Below, in pieces: positions 58,887 through 64,000 of a DNA stretch of 64,000 nucleotides (within the stretch, counting starts at the first letter, position 1; each line of letters starts with the position of its first letter). The position numbers and the translations under genes were made by a program. The notes below the pieces were generated by a model. The model worked only from the letters and a program-made list of their open reading frames with translations, was not told where the DNA came from and ran no database searches. Source of the DNA: an uncultured virus (IMG/VR IMGVR_UViG_3300000255_000001) (taxonomy: Duplodnaviria > Heunggongvirae > Uroviricota > Caudoviricetes). Location: the IMG/VR virus record IMGVR_UViG_3300000255_000001. One strand, given 5' to 3'.

Positions 58887-59712
58887 TGAAAAAATGAGAT
58901 TAGCTGATGAAGATTTAATTAACAGAAAAACGGACAAACTTATTGTAATACCTTTTCATCCATGGACAGGTGCTAGATTTATTGTTAACTGCCTAGGCAT
59001 GCATCCTAAAGTAATATTACCGTGCAAAGTTTTGGCGAATGCAAAAATGAACGGAAAATTGACGCCTGAGAAAAGTTATAATTGTATTAAAGCATTGTTT
59101 TTATTAAGTATGAAAAAAAAACAACATATGGAATTTATAGATCAAAATATTACTGGTGGATTTGATGCTAAAGATTTACGACTTGATCCTGACTTTGACT
59201 TAAAACACGTAAGGGGAGAAGTATTCGGTCATTGCGAAAAACCTGATGATCCCAATTCCTCAATTAGATCAGAATTGAATGTGTGGTCTATGTTAACAAA
59301 GCAGGATATCTATTATTTTGCCTTAGTACACTCTATCATGAGTCATGATCCATATTTTAAATATGAAAACCATAAAACTATTTTCCTCAAAAATTATAAA
59401 TGGATTTTGGATATAAGACAGAAACCCTGCGAGTATACCGAAAACTCGAATCTTGCGCGAAAATCAAAACATTATCACGTATTCGATATGTCAAGCATTC
59501 TAGATGAATATAAGTTTAAAGATTCTATAACTATTATGTTAAGTTATTTAGACCTAGAGTCTAACAAGATGCGTTGGGACTTGCTGGAAGAACTCAGAGT
59601 ATTATGGCTACAAGTATTACCAATTGGTTTTCCAGATTGGGAGAGATTGTATGAAATCGATCTGCCATGGATGGTGCACCGTAGATCTCTACAACGCTTA
59701 AAAGGTACATAG
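58876..59712 (+). CDS. hypothetical protein with sulfotransferase-like N-terminal loop
   Basis: IVIPFHPWTGARFIVNCL, similar layout to the 11011 protein. Confidence 0.45.
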   Translation: MQGNEKMRLADEDLINRKTDKLIVIPFHPWTGARFIVNCLGMHPKVILPCKVLANAKMNGKLTPEKSYNCIKALFLLSMKKKQHMEFIDQNITGGFDAKDLRLDPDFDLKHVRGEVFGHCEKPDDPNSSIRSELNVWSMLTKQDIYYFALVHSIMSHDPYFKYENHKTIFLKNYKWILDIRQKPCEYTENSNLARKSKHYHVFDMSSILDEYKFKDSITIMLSYLDLESNKMRWDLLEELRVLWLQVLPIGFPDWERLYEIDLPWMVHRRSLQRLKGT

Positions 59713-59718
59713 AAAGTT

Positions 59719-59994
59719 ATGCGCGATGACTTGGAAGATATTAAAGAGCTTGCTCAAAGATGTTTAGATAACCTTAATGAGCGGCATTATTATAGGTCTC
59801 CCTATGAAGCAAATACCATTGACAATCTCAAAAATATTGTTATAATAGTAAATGAGTATCCTGAAAGAGAGAAAGAACGCGAAAAAGAACGGCTTTTAGC
59901 AAAGAGATTTATTATCGGTCCACACTACATGGTCACGCATGAAGAATGGTTAGAAGAATGGAATAAATCTAAAGGAAAGAAAAATGAAAGTTAG
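59719..59994 (+). CDS. hypothetical protein
   Basis: 91-aa ORF containing an internal TTGACA-N16-TATAAT (59819-59846) that could drive queE. Confidence 0.45.
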   Translation: MRDDLEDIKELAQRCLDNLNERHYYRSPYEANTIDNLKNIVIIVNEYPEREKEREKERLLAKRFIIGPHYMVTHEEWLEEWNKSKGKKNES

Positions 59995-60808
59995 ATATAC
60001 TGAAATATTCTACAGCCTGCAAGGCGAAGGTAGATGGGTAGGGACTCCGAGTGTTTTCCTACGTTTATTTGGTTGTAACTTCAAATGCCAAGGCTTTGGA
60101 ATGCCAGCAGGACAATTAAGCGAAGAACGTAATTGGATTAATCCAGATGATTATACATCAATGGATGGATTACCATTAGTTAAAACAGGTTGTGATAGTT
60201 ATGCTAGTTGGGATCCACGTTTTAAACGGTTTGCTACAACAACTACGATAGACGATGTAGTAATAGATTTATTAAGCATAACACCACGCAACCAGTGGGA
60301 AGAAATACATTTAGTTGTAACAGGTGGTGAGCCTATGCTATGGCAACGTATATATCCGACATTATTCAAGGACCCAATGATGTCTAGTTTAAAGCATATG
60401 ACATTTGAGACAAATACCACACAGCCATTACGATGGAATGACTTTTTCGCAAGCACAAACAGGCCATGGATCACTTGGTCCTGTAGTCCTAAACTATCAA
60501 CAAGTGGCGAAAAGTGGTCGGATGCTATTAATCCAGAGATAGCGAAAGAATACTCTGCTGTTCAGAAATCAGATATGTATTTTAAATTCGTGATAGATAA
60601 TGAAGAGGGTATTTATGAAGTGTTGGAGGCTGTTGAGGCATACAGAAGTGCTGGAGTAGAATGTCCAGTGTATGTAATGCCAGTAGGCGGATGCTATGAA
60701 GATTACTCTTTTAATTCACGCCACGTTGCAGATCTAGCAATGAAATATGGACTAAAATACAGTCCAAGACTACATTCCGACTTATTCGGAAACGCATGGG
60801 GAACGTAA
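59984..60808 (+). CDS. queE: 7-carboxy-7-deazaguanine synthase (radical SAM)
   Basis: EIFYSLQGEG, PSVFLRLFGCNFKC...GCDS, TGGEP, FETN, SPKL, SPRLH. Confidence 0.93.
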   Translation: MKVRYTEIFYSLQGEGRWVGTPSVFLRLFGCNFKCQGFGMPAGQLSEERNWINPDDYTSMDGLPLVKTGCDSYASWDPRFKRFATTTTIDDVVIDLLSITPRNQWEEIHLVVTGGEPMLWQRIYPTLFKDPMMSSLKHMTFETNTTQPLRWNDFFASTNRPWITWSCSPKLSTSGEKWSDAINPEIAKEYSAVQKSDMYFKFVIDNEEGIYEVLEAVEAYRSAGVECPVYVMPVGGCYEDYSFNSRHVADLAMKYGLKYSPRLHSDLFGNAWGT

Positions 60809-61065
60809 TGGACTTACCAGAATATTTAAGTAACTTACCGATGGAGCAAGGAGATCCAAAGGTAGAAGAACTCATGTTACAAGTTTTATTAGAATGTAAA
60901 AAAGAAGGCTTAACTGAAATATCAATTGGATCATTATTAGAACGTCTTGGAATAAAACCCTCTGCTATTTGGAAAGAAATGTATGAAGATTACGTTACAT
61001 TAACACCCGAGGGAGTTGCTATGGCATTAGCGATTAAGGAAAAAGAAGGCAAGGTAATACAATAA
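60808..61065 (+). CDS. hypothetical protein
   Basis: TAATG-coupled at both ends. Confidence 0.55.
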   Translation: MDLPEYLSNLPMEQGDPKVEELMLQVLLECKKEGLTEISIGSLLERLGIKPSAIWKEMYEDYVTLTPEGVAMALAIKEKEGKVIQ

Positions 61066-61442
61066 TGGGAATATTTGATAAATTAGGGAAGGCAATTAGA
61101 AAGCCTAAGCCAGCACCAAAAACAGAATCTGCTCCTAAAAAAACAAAACTAACACCAAAAGAACAAGCAACTAAAGATGAAGAGCCTTGGTTTACTGTTG
61201 TTGACGTGGAAGTAGATGAAGATAATCCACGCAATGGTTCTTTTGAATTAGACTGGAATGAACATTTTCCGGCCATGTTACGCAAGCATGGATTAGTTGG
61301 CGATACAGATGAAGATGTAGTAGACCAATGGTTCCAAGACTTGTGCAAACAAATTGCATTAGAAACATATGATGATGAAGTATTTGCAGAAAGCATTGTA
61401 CAAGGAAAAGAAATAGAAGGCGGTAGGAGAGAATACGAATGA
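61065..61442 (+). CDS. conserved phage hypothetical protein
   Basis: KEQAT..EPW..V..NPRNGSFELDWN..VDQWFQDLC. Confidence 0.65.
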   Translation: MGIFDKLGKAIRKPKPAPKTESAPKKTKLTPKEQATKDEEPWFTVVDVEVDEDNPRNGSFELDWNEHFPAMLRKHGLVGDTDEDVVDQWFQDLCKQIALETYDDEVFAESIVQGKEIEGGRREYE

Positions 61443-61654
61443 GTGAAGGCAAGACTATTACAATTAATACTGACGATAATACTGTTTCCGTAGAACAAAC
61501 AGCACCTGACACTGGATTAAATGTAGGTGGAGTAAGTCTTAATACTGACTTACCTTGGTATGGTGATGCAGTTATATTATTAATATTAATAGCATTGATT
61601 TACATTGGTAAAAAATGGATAGACGCTTGGAAGTGGATCGGGAAAAATGAGTAG
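61439..61654 (+). CDS. small membrane protein
   Basis: C-terminal TM, ATGA-coupled. Confidence 0.55.
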   Translation: MSEGKTITINTDDNTVSVEQTAPDTGLNVGGVSLNTDLPWYGDAVILLILIALIYIGKKWIDAWKWIGKNE

Positions 61655-62237
61655 TATTATTTGTGTTGGTGGCGCGCACACAGCGGCCGTAAAGTGTGTT
61701 AATGATTACTCATATGCACATGACGATCAATCGTGGATGCATCTTGGTGATGTTCCACATCCAGATAATAAAACAAACGCATGGCAAATACATATAACAC
61801 CTGTAATGAAAATAGGAAGTTTTAATATATCAAAAGCAAATTATAATAATGAAACTATTATGACGACTACTATGCGGTATGTTAATACTAAACCACACCC
61901 ACAAGACGTAATCGCTATAATAGGTTGGGAAAACTGGGATGGTTTATTACGCGGACATGAAAGCCTACTAAAAGATGTAATACAATTACATGAACAATTA
62001 AATAATACTAAAACAAAACACCTTATGTTTAATACGGTCAATTGTCTGAATGTTCAGGAAAATAATCGATATGATTTTGGAGATTCTTATATCGGTCCGT
62101 ATGAACCACAGGAAACTATGGTTTCTCAATTGACAAAACAGAATCTCTTTTTCAATCCAGGCACAGAATACTATGGTCCAGACGCTCACAAAGCATGGGC
62201 TCGTATTCTGCTGAATAGATTGACACAGATAGTATAA
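61647..62237 (+). CDS. degenerate SGNH-hydrolase-like protein
   Basis: CVGGAHT (GDS-like position), IIGW, GPDAHKAWA. Confidence 0.45.
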   Translation: MSSIICVGGAHTAAVKCVNDYSYAHDDQSWMHLGDVPHPDNKTNAWQIHITPVMKIGSFNISKANYNNETIMTTTMRYVNTKPHPQDVIAIIGWENWDGLLRGHESLLKDVIQLHEQLNNTKTKHLMFNTVNCLNVQENNRYDFGDSYIGPYEPQETMVSQLTKQNLFFNPGTEYYGPDAHKAWARILLNRLTQIV

Positions 62238-62248
62238 TCTGTTATACT
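62220..62248 (+). promoter_or_regulatory. sigma70-type promoter
   Basis: TTGACA-N17-TATACT with extended TG. Confidence 0.7.
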
Positions 62249-62333
62249 ATATAGATTATAGTTACAATTATGTAATTATGATTTGCCAGTGCATCAATTA
62301 TGCACATTCAATAAAACCTCAGGAGGTAATAAT

Positions 62334-62567
62334 ATGGCTGGCATGGTAGACAACATACTAGGGTGGGTGACTAAACTAACAGAAGTTGGTGTATCACTAA
62401 TCGCCTTAGCAGTAATTGTCCAAATAATCTTTGGACCATCAGTGGCGTTCTTGCCCGGTGATGTTGTAGGTAATATTATAGGACTAGTGAGTTCACTAGG
62501 TAGTAGCGGTCTAGTTGGTTTAGTAGCAGCTGCAACCCTATATTGGCTTTTTACTAAGAAAGCTTAA
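62334..62567 (+). CDS. small Gly/Val-rich membrane protein, paralog of 34672..34899
   Basis: SD AGGAGG, DVVGNIIGLVSSLGSSGLVGLVA. Confidence 0.75.
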   Translation: MAGMVDNILGWVTKLTEVGVSLIALAVIVQIIFGPSVAFLPGDVVGNIIGLVSSLGSSGLVGLVAAATLYWLFTKKA

Positions 62568-62584
62568 TTCACCAACAGAAGTCA

Positions 62585-62608
62585 GCGGCCATCACCTGGG
62601 GTGGCCGT
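62585..62608 (+). other. GC-rich stem-loop (mRNA 3' end or processing site)
   Basis: GCGGCCATC...GGTGGCCGT, no U-tract. Confidence 0.5.
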
Positions 62609-62633
62609 AACTTCAATTCCATAGAGTGCTACT

Positions 62634-63605
62634 ATGAGATATCTATTAATTGATACTGCTAACATGTTTTTTAGAGCAAGGCATGTTGTAGCAAAGAGTG
62701 TTGATTCTGACACTAAACTAGGACTTGCTATACACGTGACGCTAAATAGTGTTGCTAAAGTATGGCGAGAATTTAAAACTGACCACGTTATCTTTTGTTT
62801 AGAAGGACGTAGTTGGCGTAAAGATTATTACGAGCCTTACAAAAAGAATAGGGTCGTAGCACGGCAAGCACTTACAGAAAGAGAGCAGGAAGAAGATGAA
62901 CTCTTTTGGGAAGTGTTTACTGAGTTTGTTACATTTTTAGAAAATAAAACAAATTGCTCAGTAATACAAAATAGCGTATTAGAAGCAGATGATTTAATTG
63001 CGGGATTTATTCAAAATCACCCGTTTGATGAACACTATATTATAAGCAGTGATAGTGATTTTTATCAACTTATAACAGATAACGTTAAACAATACAATGG
63101 CATTACCGATCAACTAATAACAATTGATGGTATTTTTAATAAGAAAGGCGACATGGTCATAGATAAAAAGACCAAAGAGCCAAAAGAAATACCCAACCCC
63201 GAGTGGTTATTATTTGAAAAGTGTATGAGGGGTGATGCTAGTGATAACGTTTTTAGTGCGTATCCACGTATTAGAAAGAACAAATTAAAAGAAGCATTTG
63301 AAGACAGAACCAATCAAGGTTTTGCTTGGAACAATATGATGCTTCAACGTTGGGTTGATCATAACAATATTGAGCATAGAGTAAAGGATGATTACGAGCG
63401 CAATAAAAGACTCATTGATTTAATGGAACAACCAGACAATATTAGAGAACAAATGAATGAAACTATAAACGGTATTACAGCGAAGAAAAATACTAATGTA
63501 GGGATTCATTTTATGAAGTTTTGTGGCAGACATAACCTACAGAGATTGGGCGATGACGCTCAAAGATTTAGTGAAATTTTAAACTCAAGTTACTCGGAGG
63601 CGTAG
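62634..63605 (+). CDS. rnh: 5'-3' exonuclease / T4 RNase H-like (FEN family)
   Basis: LLIDTAN, SWRKD.Y..YKKNR, EADDLI, ISSDSDF.QL, GDASDNV. Confidence 0.88.
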   Translation: MRYLLIDTANMFFRARHVVAKSVDSDTKLGLAIHVTLNSVAKVWREFKTDHVIFCLEGRSWRKDYYEPYKKNRVVARQALTEREQEEDELFWEVFTEFVTFLENKTNCSVIQNSVLEADDLIAGFIQNHPFDEHYIISSDSDFYQLITDNVKQYNGITDQLITIDGIFNKKGDMVIDKKTKEPKEIPNPEWLLFEKCMRGDASDNVFSAYPRIRKNKLKEAFEDRTNQGFAWNNMMLQRWVDHNNIEHRVKDDYERNKRLIDLMEQPDNIREQMNETINGITAKKNTNVGIHFMKFCGRHNLQRLGDDAQRFSEILNSSYSEA

Positions 63606-64000
63606 TGTCAGGAATAGTAGTATTACTATCTGGTTCAGGAACAAACTTGCAGGCAATTCTAGACGCAAAATTGCCTGTTAAGTATGTTTTGTCTGACAAA
63701 CCGAATGCCTATGGATTAACAAGAGCAGAAGAGGCAGGAATACCTACATACGTATTGTCTAGCCTTAAACGATTAGAACATAAAATAACAAATGTATGTG
63801 AAGAACATAAAATAGATTTAATAGTACTCGCCGGCTTTATGCGACTCTTGAGCCCTGGTTTTGTACAACGCTGGGAATCTCATATAATAAACATTCATCC
63901 ATCCGTACTTCCAGAGTTCAAGGGGGCGGGTGCTATTAAACAAGCATTTGACGCAGGAATTAATGAGACCGGCGTTACAGTACATTATGTAGACGCGGGA
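63605..64000 (+). CDS. purN: phosphoribosylglycinamide formyltransferase (3'-truncated by window edge, not in ORF track)
   Basis: GTG start overlapping the rnh stop. VVLLSGSGTNLQAIL, SDKPNAYGL.RA, LAGFMRLL, INIHPSVLP.FKG, ETGVTVHYVD. Confidence 0.88.
   Translation, partial: MSGIVVLLSGSGTNLQAILDAKLPVKYVLSDKPNAYGLTRAEEAGIPTYVLSSLKRLEHKITNVCEEHKIDLIVLAGFMRLLSPGFVQRWESHIINIHPSVLPEFKGAGAIKQAFDAGINETGVTVHYVDAG

Noticed and set aside
63605..64000. PurN-like gene as the preQ1 formyltransferase DpdN
   Set aside because: It has a canonical SGSGTNLQA GAR-binding motif, purM is present, and no QueC/QueF to make preQ1 is visible. The gene is truncated, so this is not fully excluded.
1..64000. Cellular (bacterial) chromosome origin, or alternative genetic code
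   Set aside because: T4-like replisome, tail, spanin and late-promoter features indicate a phage. Conserved genes are intact in code 11 and all three stop codons are used.

Overview
AT-rich, gene-dense 64-kb segment of a large tailed (jumbo, distantly T4-like) bacteriophage genome, probably marine and infecting a proteobacterium (alphaproteobacterial-type FdxA, sigma70 promoters, IHF-like sites). Nearly all genes are on the + strand. I saw no tRNA, rRNA, CRISPR array, integrase or transposase. Contents: (i) tail/virion proteins, a spanin pair and a holin; (ii) replication genes (family-B DNA polymerase, sliding clamp, clamp loader, RNase H-like 5'-3' exonuclease, DsbA-like protein, a DnaE fragment); (iii) a proteostasis set (GroES, DnaJ, ClpA, ClpP, peptide deformylase); (iv) purine genes purM, purN, guaC and a purine PRTase; (v) a 7-deazaguanine DNA-modification cluster (dpdA, folE, queD, queE, dpdL-like) interleaved with a glycosyltransferase, cupin, ferredoxin and amidinotransferase; (vi) an accessory island with a TctC/TctA transporter, minimal tryptophan 2,3-dioxygenase, 2OG-Fe oxygenases, methyltransferases and sulfotransferase-like proteins, plus VOC/FAH/aminotransferase and Leu/Phe dehydrogenase genes. 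Most notable: the DpdA-DpdL-glycosyltransferase cluster, whose DpdA ends in a clamp-binding-like peptide; a putative capsid-packaged polyprotein (ART + kinase + Cys-protease folds separated by prohead-protease-type sites); and systematic leaderless-type promoter architecture. All calls come from motif recognition by eye, not database searches.
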